64,000 nt of DNA from the human T2T-CHM13v2.0 reference genome, Homo sapiens. The DNA is taken from NCBI RefSeq assembly GCF_009914755.1, contig NC_060930.1. One strand, given 5' to 3'. Positions 38,754-54,024 of this stretch are shown piece after piece. The position numbers were made by a program, and so were the translations under genes. Within the stretch, counting starts at the first letter, position 1. Each line of letters starts with the position of its first letter. Below the pieces are notes generated by a model that did not search any database, was not told where the DNA came from, and saw nothing but the letters and a program-made list of their open reading frames with translations.

Positions 38754-40563
38754 TAGTTTCCCTTTCCCTCTTTTGAACTTGTTTCTTGTCCTTGTCTGGT
38801 CCTGCAAGCTGTATGAGTTTGCCTTCTCTGGTAGGTCTGGGGACATTGTATCCCTTATAACCTTGGTTCCTGGCATATGACACTGGTACCAAGCTCTGTT
38901 GGACTAGTGAGGCTCCCTACACACCTCCTGAACTAGAGCAAAAGCTCTGTGCACACACCGTGCATGTGTGAGCCTGTGAGGAGACGGTGCCTTCCTGCAG
39001 GCTGTTCTGAAGGGGTGTTCTGTTGTGACTGGAGGAAATAGCCATGGGCCCCTGGGCAGAAGTGGCTCAGAATGGAATGGATGGCCCCAGTTTTGATCAT
39101 CTGGGAACAGGAAGATTCTCAGATAAAAACCCATGTTTTAGAAGACAAAACTGCCCAAGAGTGGACAGCAGCTAACCAGTAAGCTATCTGGGATATCACT
39201 GTACACTGGGAGGGAAGATGGCCTCTGCCATGGTGTAGGGTGCCTGACCCAGACAAGGAGGCCTTCCTAGGGGTCAGTGCTTCTGAAGCACCTTTAAATG
39301 AGGACAAATACCTCATGTTCATGATTAGCCGACTTGTGCCCACTCAGTGGAAAAAGAACCCAGAATTTTGCAAAATTTTCAGAGAGAGGGATTCCCCTCT
39401 TGTCTCTTAGTGCTAGGGTTATGCATGACTCGTGCTTGAATTACAGTGTGTACTCAGCTGAAAGTCTTAATTATTAGAATATAAGAGGCCCAAACTACTG
39501 CTGTTACAGATATGTAAAACTACACAGTATAAGTTTAAACAACCCACAACCAATTAACAGTGAAGATAGATTAACAACCTTTGTAAATTTAAAACAAGAT
39601 TGGCAACCCTTTAGAAAAAAAATGAGACTTTTGCAAAACAATCTAAATGATACACTAATAACAAACCTTCATGAAAATGACATTTCAACCATCTGAATTT
39701 CTGCTTTAAGTTATAAACTCCAAAATGAACTAACTCCCAATAATTTACAGTAGGGAGCTCTAAGCCACAAATAAAGGTGTCAGGACAGACCTGAGACCTG
39801 GAGTGAGCACATCCCTCAGGGTCATAAGTCAATCCTGTAAGACCCTTCCTCCCTCAGACACTCCATCCAGTCATCAGGAGGTCAAGAAAAGTTCCCCACA
39901 GCACTAAGACCCAACCACCTCACTGTCCTCACCTCCATGGACAGAGCCCAGGTGAAAGCCACCCCTGCTCCTCCTCCCGCATCTCCCACAGGCTCAGCAC
40001 CATCGTCGGCCTGGAGTGCACCTGGACTGAGCTCATCATGCTCTGTCCCTGTTTGTGTCAGTCACACTGGGTCCCCCACATACTCTGCACTTGCATCCCC
40101 ACAAGGCTCTGCACACCTCTATTCTGTCTCCCCGACCTCCCCAGCCACAGAAATCTTCCCAGTGCACCCCCTGGATTTCTCAGTCCACATCAGCAAAACC
40201 TCCTCAGCCTCTCTCAGGATGTTCCTGCATCTCGCAGCTCCAGCAGCAACCTGGGTTTCCCTGAGGACATGACCCCCTCCGAAGTCCTCCCACATGGGGG
40301 AGTTTCCCCAGGGACTTGTACCCCTGGGTTCAGAGGTGAGGTGGGGTCCTTGCTCCTCATTGTGGTTCTCAGAACTTTCTGCCTCCCTCCTCCCTAAAAC
40401 CCCTAGGCTGTCATCAGATTAGAGCCCCATTTGCCTCACTGTAACCATTCCCTGTGGGCCCCAGGCTGTTCTTCTCAATCCTGAGTCTTGTAGCTCCTGG
40501 TTCACTGTCACCCTCTCCAGCATTGCTGTCTCCTTGACTCTTGGTGACTTCAACATACGCAGA

Positions 40564-41145
40564 TGTGGTGGGCTGAGTAATGGTCCCCAGAGATGTCCAG
40601 TCTTAATCGTTGGAACCTGTGAACAGGTTGCATTGCGTGGCAAAAGGGATATTACTCATGTAATGAAGATTAAGGACCTTAAAATAGGGAGATTCTGCTG
40701 GACTCTCTGTGTGGGCCCAATCAAATCACAAGAGCCATTAAAAGCAGAGAGCCTGCCCTGGTTGGAGTCAGATTCTGCAGAGGAGGAAGGCAGAGGAGAA
40801 GCTGGAGAGGGGAGGTCAGAAGTTCCAAGCAGGAGGATTGAATGTGCCTTAGGCACCGTGTGTGAGTATCTGAGAGAAGGCTCTAGGAGCTAAGGGTGGC
40901 TCTTAACAAGGAAGTGGAAACCTCTTTTCTATCTGCAAGGAAGTGAATTCAGGCAAGAACCTGAATGAGCTTGGAAGTGGATTCTTCCCCAGAGTCTATG
41001 GAAAGGAATGCAGACCTTCCCGTATGTTGATCTTAGCCCCATGAGACTGGGTGGACTTGCAATCCACACGACTGTGCCATGATACATAGGTGCTGTTTAA
41101 AGCCATTTGGTTTGTGGTAATTTTTATGGCAGCAATAGACACCCA
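40564..41145. mobile_element. MLT1 LTR
   Basis: TGTGGTGGGCTGAGTAATGGTCCCC...TTTGTGGTAATTTTTATGGCAGCAATAG. Confidence 0.7.
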
Positions 41146-44100
41146 CACAGCAGAGAAGATGCCCTCGCTTCCTGGCCTCTCAGATCCTGGAACTCCTCTC
41201 CTCCATGATCTTCTCCTGTCTGCCTGAATCTCATGCCCTTGTTATCCCCTAGGCCTCATCATGGCTAAGAACCCCAGCCCTTCCATACTCTCTATCTCAC
41301 ACTTCCCACTCTCTGACCATCTTTCCACTCATCCCCTTGCAAGGTGGCCACAGGCTCTGAGGACACAGATACTATCATTTTATCATATGCTGTGATGTAA
41401 TATCAGTGGACCACTCATTGCATATGTGCTTGCTTTCCACGCTTGGAGTCTACCCTGTAGTACATCAATTCCAACAATCGTTCCACCCTCCTGGGATTCC
41501 CAATCCAGTGATCCTGCCATCTACTCACTGTCCCTCACCCTGGGTGTCCTGTCCTCCCTCCTCACCCATTTTGAATTCTATGGTAAATAATTTCCATCCC
41601 TCCCTTCCCTCTCCCTTGAATTGTCACACTCACCTGGCAAAACTACACAGCTGGTGGGTTCCACCTCTGCCTATGCTGAGCCTGCCCCCATGAGCTGCAG
41701 GAGGCTGGAGAGCAGCACACAGTACGCTGACTGGTCTCTTAAAATTTAGGATTCCAAACCACATAGGAAGTCCCTACCATGGCCAGCAATCACCCTCTCC
41801 CTGCATGGCTCACCCTCAGCCTCCTCCTGGCCTGGGTGACTCTTACACACTTTTTCTTTGTGCTCACACATCCAACCTGCCTTCCCCATTCTTACTTCAG
41901 CTGATGACCTTGCTTCCCACTTCACTGAGAAAACTGAACACATTAGAAGACAACTTCACAGATTCCACCACTGTCTGCTCATGCATTTGCAGCTGCACCA
42001 CATGTCAGGCGTTTTACCATGTGAGGGACTGTTGTGGGTTAACCCTTCTGCTCCCAGCCAGAGCCAGACCCTCTTCTGGTGCCCCAATTGCCATCCCTTA
42101 TCATCTACTTAAAGGTGTCAGTTCATCAATTAATACCATTTTTATCTTTATCGTCAACCTTTTTCCTCTCTCCCCACTGGATCATTGTGGCAGTCATGAG
42201 AATGCACATCCCAGCCCCTCATCTAGAAGAAGCAGAATTGATGATGGCTCCAGCTCTTGAAGTCTGAAATCTATTGCCACATTTGCTCTGAGACTATGCC
42301 CACCCCTGGCTTTTTCCAGCCAATGATTGAGGAAAGTAGGGCAGAAACTAAGGCAGGACATTCCTCTTCTGAAGGCTGACTGAAGCTCCAGGGCTCCCTG
42401 CCACCCTTACTGAACTTCCCTTAGCCTGCACACGGTCTAGGATGCTTCCAGCTGACCTTCCTGCACTCTCTACATCACTGAGGCTCAGAGTTGCTTTGTG
42501 GTCCAGTGGCTTTCCCAGCATTTTCTGTCTCATGAATTTCTCTCACAAGTATTTCCCCTAATAAATCCTTACATGTTTACTACTGTATTGGGGTCCGCTT
42601 CTCAGGGGACCCTAACTAACACAAGTGGCATGAAGGGTGATCCATGAAAACAGGCAAAAATGGGAATTTGAAATAAGCTTCCCACTGCCTGGCAGGCCAA
42701 GAGGATGCCACCCGGGTTGGTGGCAGACACAGAAAGTCCATGGCACAAGGTGCAGCTGAGCAGCTGGGGGTCTCACCAGTGCTGAGCTGAGAAGTTGCCT
42801 TGGTTAGGGAGTGCTATGGCACATGCAGTGATAGAATGCCCTGCATAATAAGGACAGGGTTGGAAGAAACCTACAAAGACAGTGGCTTTGGCTAGTTACT
42901 TCTCAGCTGCATCGATGCTGTGTAAAAAGATAATGAGAATCTGTGGATTGTTGACAGCTATGACTGGCTACATTTGACACCCTCGGCAGTGTCTCATGGA
43001 CAGGTCTTTATCTCCTGTAGCAAAAGGGCAGATAGCAAGGAATGTTAGCTCTACATCACTATGAGGGCCACAGTGCTCCAGAGATGTTTGACACTCAGCC
43101 AAGGCAGGCCTGTTACAGGAAAGTCAGGGCTTTGGTGGGGAAACCTGAGATTCTGCAAACTGGAACAGGATTATGCGATGCGTGCCCTCCAGGATCTTCT
43201 GGGCATGCAGAGGAGGCTCACCCTTCTCTAGTAATGGTTCCCACTTTCACTGCTGGAAGATGCTACACAATCCTCACCCCTATGATGCCGCGAGAATCCC
43301 ACTCAGGAGGTTTGCAGGAACTAGCCAGCACGTCCCCATAGGAGCCCAGGGACTACTTCTGGGATTGGAATTTGAGGGTGTTTGATCAAGGAACCAGAAT
43401 TTCAGGCTGGATGAATATAATCCTTTGGCTTGAAGACACTTTCTCAGGGCATGGATTTATCAAACACTCCAGGACTTTGATAAGTGGAGTAAACCCACTG
43501 CTGGGGTGTATCCACATAGTCTAGAAAAAAACATGCCCAACTCTCAACAAGGTAGACATGTCTTAGTTGCCCTGGAACATGTAGAGGATGGAATAACAAG
43601 CTGAGGGGAGTGGGCTTGGTGAAGGCCTACCAAAACCATGCTCTACAAGAGGGCCCAGAGGACACACCTTCCACCAGAGCCTCAGGAACTTGATGGTGAG
43701 AGGGACCTGCATCACTAAGAAGTGTCAGGGTATTGTCCTTTGTAGGCTGGGGGTGATGGTAGTAAAGATAGTCCCAGAGTTTCATTTCTAATATCACTGG
43801 GGAGAGTGTGGCCCTGAAGAGACAAAGACCAAGTGGTGGCAGTGACTTGCAAAAGCCAGAGGGCACGGTTACTATGGCAACCTCGGAGGAGAAGCCAAGA
43901 GGACTCAAGCTGCAGGGAATGTGGGGAAGTATAATAGAGGGTGGTGTCCCAGGGTTAGGACAGGCAGCTGGTTGATATCTATGATAAGAAAGCAAGAATT
44001 GAGAAGCAGGAGGGTGAAGGTGTTTGACTCAATACAAAATCATGATCCCATCCTCAATGCCTAGACCTCAGCCAAGATGCAGATTCAGATCTCAGTGACA

Positions 44101-45159
44101 GAGGAAGAGTCCATATCTCTAGGCGGAATACTCTGCAACCCCGTGGAAGTATATGCTGGGACAATTCCCTCAGTCCTTCGGCAAAGGACCATATAGCCAT
44201 TTACTCAGGAGATTGTACACTGGGGAAAGGAAACAGGCAGAACTGGGGGGATTATTGACACTGGGTGTGAACTGACATTGATGCTCAGATGCCCACAGCA
44301 CTATCATGTCTCTCATCACAGTGGGGCTTATGGAGCTCAGGGAGTAAACCTGGACACATTATGGCCCACAATGGAACTACTGGATCCATAGACCCAGCCC
44401 TGGTTATCTTCCTATACCCTGAGTGCATAATTGACACTGATGCACTGCTAAGTGGAGTTACCCCCACCCTGGGTCCCTAGTCTGTGGAGTAAGGACTTTC
44501 ATTGTGCTGAAAGCCAAAGGGAAACCTCTGACACTGCCCCCATCCTGGCCAAATCAAAAATCATAGTGTGTCCCAGGGTGGGTCTTGTGTAAGATACTTC
44601 AAGTATTGTGGGGATCACATCACCATTACAGAGCTGAAGGATGTGGGATGGTGTTGGGGCTGTCTATTGTCTCTACGTAATCCAGCAACCTGTCCCTGAA
44701 GAAGCCTGATGAAGCCTAAAGAATGAACTAGATTACTCCAGGTCTGGCCAAGTAGGAGTTATAATTGCAGCTTTTGTGCTGTCTGGATATCACTGGTAGA
44801 GCAGATTAATAAACCCTTGGACACAGAGCATGCAGCTGTGGATTTGGTGACTGCATTTCTTTCCACTCCAATTAGAAAGTGGATATGGAGTGATTCACAT
44901 TCATGTGGGATCCTCAAAACATTGATTTATCATTTGTCTCAGGGCTATTGTAACTCCCCTGACCTCTATAGTATAGTCTTAAGACTATACTAAACATACT
45001 GGATATCCAATAGGATATTAAATCAGCTCATATCATTGACAACTTCCTGTTGACCTGGCTGGATGAGCAGCAGGTAGAAAGTGCACTGTAGTGCTTGGCA
45101 AAACACGGGCACTCCAGAAGGTGAAGATAAACCTTACAAAGCTTCCAGAGTGGCCACTC

Positions 45160-45452
<293 letters not shown>

Positions 45453-46924
45453 GATAGCGGGCATTGAAGTAAAGTTTTATGGGTGAACAATGGCCAAGTG
45501 TTTAGGGGAATGCAGGTGTGTCCCCTCCAAGGTAACAGACAAACTGTTTCATCTTGCATCCTCACCAGAAAGAAGGAAGCACACTGCCTGATGAGCCTCT
45601 TCCAGTTCTGACAACACCACTTTCCACATCTAGGTATGTTGCTTTGGCCCACACTCTAGGTGACATAGGAGGAGGCCAGCTTCAAGTAGGGCCCACACAG
45701 AAAAGGACCCTGCAGCAGATCCAGGCCATGGTGCGAGCAGCCACCATCTCTCAGACCCCCTGGTGCTGGTGATGCCATTGGTAGGGAAAGATGCAGGATG
45801 GAGCTGAACCAAGCACCAGTGGGAAAGTCACAGTGAAAGGCCTGGGATTCTGGAGTAAGGTCATGTCATTCACAGCAGAGACATATGCCACCTATTAGAA
45901 GCAACTTTTAGTGTCCCTTGTCCTGATTAGATAGAATGCTTAACCACGGGACACCAAGCAACTATGTGGTTCGAGTGCCTGTGTGACCCACAGAGTCATA
46001 GATTAGACAGGCCCAACAGCATCCATCATGAGGTGAAAATGGTCCACCTGGGTTGAGCTTGAATCCCATGTTTACACCCAGAGAAAATACCCAAGTCTGA
46101 AGTGGCACTGAACAACCAAACAGACAAATGGAAGTTAGCCAGCCTTCACCATGGGTCAGCCCTGGTTTGGTAGGATGAGTTCATGAATGGAGCAACCACA
46201 GTGGCAGGCATGAGGCTACGTATGGGGCCAACAGCACTGACTCCCCCCTACCAAGGCAGATCCAGCTGCCGACACCTCTGAATGTCCAACTCATTAGCAA
46301 TTGAGGCCCATGATGTGCCCCAGTGGGGCACTATTTCTTTAGGTGACTAACTAGCCACTAAGTAACAAGTTGACTACATTTAGCTACTTCCATCCTGGAA
46401 GGGCCAGAGGTTCATCTTCACAGGGATAGGCTCCTATTCCATGGGTGTTTTCATGTCCTGCTCTCAGAAACTCAGCCAGCACCTCTCCGGGTGCTGTTGA
46501 CATTCCTGATCTGCAGGCTAGGCGGTGCTCCTAGCCCATTATCTGCCTGAAGGACCCACTTGGCTGGGAAAGTTTCAGTGTTTCCATGGCTGTGGGTTCC
46601 ACTAATCCTATCACCATCTGCACCATCCAGAGGCTGCCAGCCACAAGGAATGCTGGACAGGTCTTCTACAGGCAAAACTCAGTGCCAGCCTGGAGGAAGC
46701 ACTCTGAGAGGTGGGTGCCATCTTTTAGGACACGGTGCATTGTTTGAATCAGAGATGTCTCTAGAGTGCTGTGTTCTCAATAGGAAGAACATGTGTGTCC
46801 AGGGATCAAAAGATGGAAGCAGGTTTGGCTCCACGTCCAATCCCTTAGATTCACCCAATGGGGTATTTTGCACGTTTTATCTTCCAACACTGGGCTGTGC
46901 AGGGTACGAGGTCCTGGTTTCCAA

Positions 46925-47314
46925 GGAGGGTACCCTTAAAAGGAGACAAAAGACAGCCCACTGAACTACACATTATGGTTGTCACGAGAGAAGTTTTGAT
47001 AGTTTGTGCCCAGAGACCACCTGGTGAAAAGAGGATTCTCCTCCTCTCCAGGCCCAGGTAATAGATCCTCATCTTCAGGAGAAGGCATGGCTACTTTCAC
47101 ACAATGAGGGCGGAAGTGTGTGTGGAAACCAGAGATCCACCTGGGGGCCTTCTGGTTTCCCTTACCTCATTGTAAGTGTGAGCAGAATCATCCAGCAATT
47201 CAGCCTGAGACAGCTTGATTTCCAAGGACCCAGACCCGTCAGGGCAGAAGGTTTGAGTAATGCTGGGTAATCTCCCAAGGCCCTGCTCCTGTGCTCTGAC
47301 ATCCTCAGTAGCAT
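46925..47314 (-). pseudogene. HCP5B: HCP5 (P5-1) paralogue, antisense to HERV16; ORF disrupted
   Basis: Minus ATG at 47314 gives MLLRMSEHRSRALGDY...ILLTLTMR*; ORF 46851-47072 contains MCSSVG..LSPFKGTLL. Both match the recalled HCP5 ORF ends. Confidence 0.65.
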
Positions 47315-47948
47315 TGGTGCTGAGGTCCTGCTTCCAATGGGCTGTTCCCAACCAGTGACAGATCACACCAGTGACACGAAAGCAGGACATTCCTGGGAGA
47401 CCAGGGACTCCTCTGATGGCCAACTGTAGCTCAAGGACTCCTCCATGGCCTTGCTTAACTCTCCTTAGATTGCCTGTGGTCTACGGCACATCCAGTAAAC
47501 CTTGTCTCCTTCTGTCCATCACTGGGGATCACCTTTGCATCTTGTTGCCTTTCCCAGGGTAACCTACCTCCCTTGCCATATCACCTGACAGGTGTGTCCC
47601 CTAATAAAATGCTATAACTTTAATCCCATGATGGAACTTGCTTTTTGGAGCATTTGGACTATAAAATCATTTTCATCTGCCCACTAGTGATCTCTTACTT
47701 ATTCCAATGTGTAAAATCTTTTTGTTTATTCAACTTCTACCTGCATTGGCTCCATTTTGCTGGTATTTGTATTATGCTTTTGAGTTCCTCAATGTTTATT
47801 GTTTAATCACTAAATTTGGGGGTAGTTTGTTACACAGCAATGGATAACTAATGAAGCCCTCTTACATTTCCATTATTCTATAGAAGTTAACTACATCTCT
47901 TTTATTTTCTCCTATTTTGATAATATTAGCCACACATAGGGTTTCTAG

Positions 47949-48307
<359 letters not shown>

Positions 48308-49119
48308 TCTTCCTTCCGTTTCTCTTTCCTTCTAACCCTCCCTCCCTCTCTTTCTTCTCTATTTCCATTCAACCTATCACCTTCCCTCCTTCTTGCTCCC
48401 TTTCCTTCCCCTTCCCCTTCCTTCTTTTCTTCTTTCACTTTTTCCTCCATTCCTCCTTCTTTCCCTCCCTTCCTCCATTTTTTCCTTTTTATTATAAAAT
48501 TTTCCTAAAATATAAAATAACCCTATGTGATTGGGCTGTAAGTAAGCATTTTCTGAATCTATATGTCAAAAGCATAATGTCTTTTATATGAGAAACAAGT
48601 AAACAACAGGAAGTTATTAACAGAATAAAAATGCTTGCTATAATTCTACCACCAAGACGGTGACTTTTAACACAATTCCTTCAACTCAGTGTTTTCAGAA
48701 CACATCATCAACATCAAGTATTACACATTTATTGTAAAAGTTTAAGTAGCCACAATTACTTTGGAAATCATATTATCATTATCTAGTATGGTTAAAGTCC
48801 ATACAATGTATCATGCAACCAACCCATTCCTAATCATCCACTCTGGGGGCTTTGGGGCTTTCTTGCCTATGTGCACAGGAGACATGCACACTAATATTTA
48901 TGGCAAAAACTGGAATCGGCCACATGTACATCAATAGGAAACCGGTGAAATTGTGGTAAAACGATATGTAAGCCTTCAGCGTAAAAATGAATGAATGACA
49001 GCCTCCCACACCACAGATAACTCCTACACATAATGTGTATCATGGGAAAATACATGCAGTAGGAATTTGCTGTACAGGAAGCTTAAAAACCAGCAAAACT
49101 AACTGAGGTTTGTTTTGGG

Positions 49120-49122
<3 letters not shown>

Positions 49123-49154
<32 letters not shown>
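49123..49154. repeat. (AT)16 microsatellite
   Basis: Direct reading. Confidence 0.95.
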
Positions 49155-49156
<2 letters not shown>

Positions 49157-49221
49157 TTATTGCACAAATCTTTGAAGGAATACAAAGGAATACGTATCAG
49201 AAGACTCAGGATGGAGTCTCC

Positions 49222-49734
49222 TGCCGAGACCAGCTCGGTCAGGAAGACCCTAACCCAGTGGTGCTAGAGGACTTAAAGACACACACACAGAAATATAGAG
49301 GTGTGAAGTGGGAAATCGGGGGTCTCACAGTCTTCAGAGCTGAGAGCCCCAAACAGATATTTACCCACATATTTATTAACAGCAAACCGGTCATTAGTGT
49401 TGTTTCTATAGGTATTAAATTAACTAAAAGTATCCCTTATAGGAAGCAAAGGGATGGGCCGAATTAAAGGAATAGGTTGGGCTAGTTAACTGCAGCAGGA
49501 ACACACTCTTAAGACACAGATCGCTCATGCTATTGTTTGTGGCTTAAGAATGCCTTTAAGCGGTTTTCCGCCCTGGGCAGGCCAGGTGTTCCTTTCCCTC
49601 ATTCTTGTAAACCTGCAACCTTCCAGCTTGGACATTAGGGCCATTATGAACATGTTACGGTGCTGCAGAGATTTTGTTTATGGCCAGTCTTGGGGCCAGT
49701 TTATGGCCAGATTTTGGGGGACTTGCTCCCAACG
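49222..49734 (-). mobile_element. Solo MER9 LTR (HERV-K9/HML-3)
   Basis: 513 bp; 6-bp TSD GTCTCC (49216-21, 49735-40); recalled MER9 text; the paralogous site near 61735 is empty. Confidence 0.88.
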
Positions 49735-50579
49735 GTCTCCTTCTAGGGGGTGACTGGGTAGCAGCCCAGGGTAGCTTTACAGGCTTGTGTTTTACACCAG
49801 TGCTGGGCACCCTCGTAGATACTTGATTATAATTCCTTAAACAGAGTTTTCCAAATTAAAATATACCTGTTTTTTATAGAAATGAAAAAGAAAAGAATTT
49901 CAAAGTTCATTGCAAAGATTCTTAACAAGAACTACTTACATTGGAAGAAAACCACAGAGAATTGTAAGGAGCCATGTGACAGAGAGGACCAGGATGCCAT
50001 GAAAATGGCATTGGCTACAAATAGGTCATTTGATCCTTGGCTCCCTGGCATCTCTCTAGATTTTCAATGATACAATGTTCAATCTGCTGTGCAAGATAAT
50101 TTCATCTTCCAAAGATTTGATGTTACATTTTACCACACATTAAACTGAAATAAACTTTTACAGATTGGAAATGCACATCATTGATCAAAATAAATGAAAC
50201 ATGAAAAGAGTAGGGAGGAATACCCAGTGATGGAATAGCAAATATGAATGGAAAACAGAATAGGACTGCTAAAAAGAAAAAAAAATTCAGAAGCATGTAA
50301 TAGCAGCGCTATTTAGAATCATAGTGGTGTCCAAATCACTTCTATCACATCTCATTCAATACCACAACAAAAGATGTTAAGTTTATTATAGAATGCCCAT
50401 CAAATAGCCAGTTTTTGAAAAAAACTTGTTTCTCAATTAGAACTAACCATTTCGGGCTACAGCATCAAGCCAAAATTATTGGCATCATGCTAATAATTTT
50501 TACTAAAGTAAAATAAAGTTGACTGAAGTATGAGATTCACATTTTTGTAAATGAAAAGCAATTTGATTAGGCATTTTTT

Positions 50580-51575
50580 TCTGCACAGCAAAAGAAACTA
50601 TCATCAATCACAGTGAACAGACATCCTACAGAATGGGAGAAAAATTTTGCAGTCTATCCATCTGACAAAAGTCTAGTATTCAGAATCCACAAAGAACTTA
50701 AGCAAATTTACATGAAAAAAAAACTTCATTAAAAAGTAGACAAAGAACTTGAACAGACACTTCTAAAGAAGACATACATGTGGCCAACAAAAATATGAAA
50801 AAAAGCTCAACATCGCTGATCATTAGAGAAATGCAAATCAAAACCACAAATGAGATACCATCTCATGTCAGTCAGAATGGCAATTATTAAAAAGTCAAGA
50901 AACAACAGATGCTGGCGAGGTTGCAGAGAAATAGGAATGCTTTTACACTGTTGGTGGAAAAGTAAATGGTTAATCCATTGTGGAAGACAGTGACAGTGTG
51001 GTGATTCCTCAGAGATTTAGAATCAGAAATACCATTTGATCCAGCAATCGCATTACAGGGTATATACCCAAAGGAATACAAATCATTCTATTATAAAGAT
51101 ATGTGCATGTTTACATTCATGGCAGCACTATTCACAATAGCAAACACATGGAATCAACCCAAATGCCCATCAATGATGAACTGGATAAAGAAAATGTGGT
51201 ACATATACACCATGGAATATTATGCAGCCATAAAAAGGAATGAGATCAAGTCCTTTGCAGGGATATGGATGAAGCTGGAAGCCATTATCCTCAGCAAACT
51301 CACACAGGAACGGAAAACCAAACACCACATGTTCTCATTTATAATTGGGAACTGAGTAATGAGAACACATGGACACAGGGAGAGGAACAACACACACTGG
51401 GGCCTATTGGGGCAGGGTGGTGGTGGGAGGATCATTAGCAAAAATAGCTAATGCATGCCAGGGTTAATACCTAGGTGATGAGTTGACAGGTGCAGCAAAC
51501 CAACATGGCACATGTTTACCTATGTAACAAACCTGCACATCCTGCACGTGTACCCTGGAACTTAAAAAAAATTAA
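50580..51575 (+). mobile_element. L1PA 3' fragment (~1 kb)
   Basis: MFTFMAALFTIANTWNQPKCPSMMNWIKKMWYIYTMEYYAAIKRNE and an L1PA 3'UTR. Confidence 0.93.
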
Positions 51576-51781
51576 ATTAAAAGACAAGCTTAAAGAAAAA
51601 GACAAGCTGAAAGAGTTAATGAAAAATAATTAGATAAAAGAAGTCTTTGATTTTCAAAAACCTGAAACAATAGTTATAATTTTGCTTTTAACATATATTC
51701 AAAACATTTGATACTGTTCCCTTCCAGAGGTGCATCTTAATTCCCTCTCCTGAGTGTGGCTTGGACTTAATGAGGCACTTC

Positions 51782-52163
51782 TGATATGGCCTGGTTCTGT
51801 GTTCCCACCCAAATCTCATCTTGAATTGTTATGCGAATTGTAATCGCTACCTATTGGGGGAGGGACCACATGGGAGGTGATTGGATAATGGGGGCGGTGC
51901 CCCCATGCTGTTCTCGTGATACTGAGGGAATTCTCATGAGATCTGATGGTTTTATAAGGGGCTTTTCCCTGCTTCATTCTGCACTTCTCTCTCCTGTCAT
52001 CATGTGAAGAAGGATGTGTTTGCTTCCACTTCTGTCATGACTGTAAGTTTCCTGGGGCAGGCTCCTCAGCCATGCAGAACTGTGAGTCAATTAAACCTCT
52101 TTCCTTTATAAATTACCCAGTCTCAGGTATTTCTTCATAGCAGTGTGAGAATGGACTAATATA
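51782..52163. mobile_element. THE1/MST solo LTR nested in an MLT1 (51690-52615)
   Basis: TGATATGG...CCCACCCAAATCTCATCTTGAATTG...GGACTAATA; 5-bp TSD ACTTC (51777-81, 52164-68). Confidence 0.88.
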
Positions 52164-52604
52164 ACTTCTAACTTATAGAATAATGCTGACATAATGGTTT
52201 GTAACTCTGGGTGTAGAACCTAAAACTCACTGCGGCTTCCACCTTCTCTCTCTCTGTCTCTGGGATCATGAGCTCTGGGGGAAGCCAGCTGCTGTGCCAC
52301 AAGCAGCCCTGCAGGAAGGTCCATGTGGCTGAGAACTGAGGCCTTCCGGGACCAGACAACAAAGAACTAGGCCTTTTCCAACAGCCATGTGACTGATCCA
52401 TGTTTCATGTGAATCCTCAGCCCCAGTGAAGCCCTCAGATGATGCAGCCCTTGGCTGACAATTGGACTGCAACCTTGTGAGAGGCCCGGAGCAAGAAGCA
52501 CTCAGGGAAACCTCTCCTGGACTCCTGACCATTGGAAACTGTGGCAGATGAGGAATATTTGTTGTTTTAAGCTAAGTTTTACATAATTTGTTATGCAATA
52601 GTAA

Positions 52605-52988
<384 letters not shown>

Positions 52989-53418
52989 TAAACATGTAAC
53001 TTAGTTTTAAAAGGTAAGGAGAATTTCCATGGCTGAAGAGGATGTATTTTATGACCATTCACAATGATCACTTTACTTGAACTTCAATTTCCAACTGTGT
53101 CCGAAGTAAACACAAAAGGAAGATCCAACCCTTGCTAGGCTGATTCTATTATGCCCTCAACAACCAGCTCCTGGTCATTCACCATCCTCCAGTTATTCAA
53201 TCAACTCTAATGTAGGTGCTGCTGTGAAGGGAGTTAGTGGATATAATTAAGGGTCTCAATTAGTTGACTTTAGGCTGGGTTTATCCTGCTTGGACTGTCC
53301 TAATCAGGTGAGACCTTGAAAGGACTGGGTTCTTCCTGAGCATAGAGACTCACAGTGTGAGAGGGACTCAGCATGAGGGGTTTCCTCCAGCATGGGCTTT
53401 GAAAATGAAAGGGCTGTG

Positions 53419-53737
<319 letters not shown>

Positions 53738-54024
53738 AAAATGAAGGGGCTGTGTAGGAAAGAATGCTGGTGAGGACCAGGAATCGAGCACAGCCCTCCC
53801 TGTTCTCTACATTGACAGCCAGCAAGGAACAGGGACCTCAGTCTTACAACTGCCAGAAACTGCATTCTGCCACCTCTGTATAAGCCTGAAGGAGTATTCA
53901 AAATGAAAACACAGCTTTTGGAAGCCCAGAAGAGAGATTCCATCCACAATTTTGCCCAGATTTCTGATCAAGGAACTATAAGCAGATAAATGGGTGTTGT
54001 TTCGCCAGGCATGGTAGTGCACGA

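Noticed and set aside
39700-40900. Naming catalogue pseudogenes expected in this interval (3.8-1/HCG26-like, HCGVIII, HCG4 copies)
   Set aside because: Expected from the locus map, but I cannot recognise their boundaries from sequence alone.
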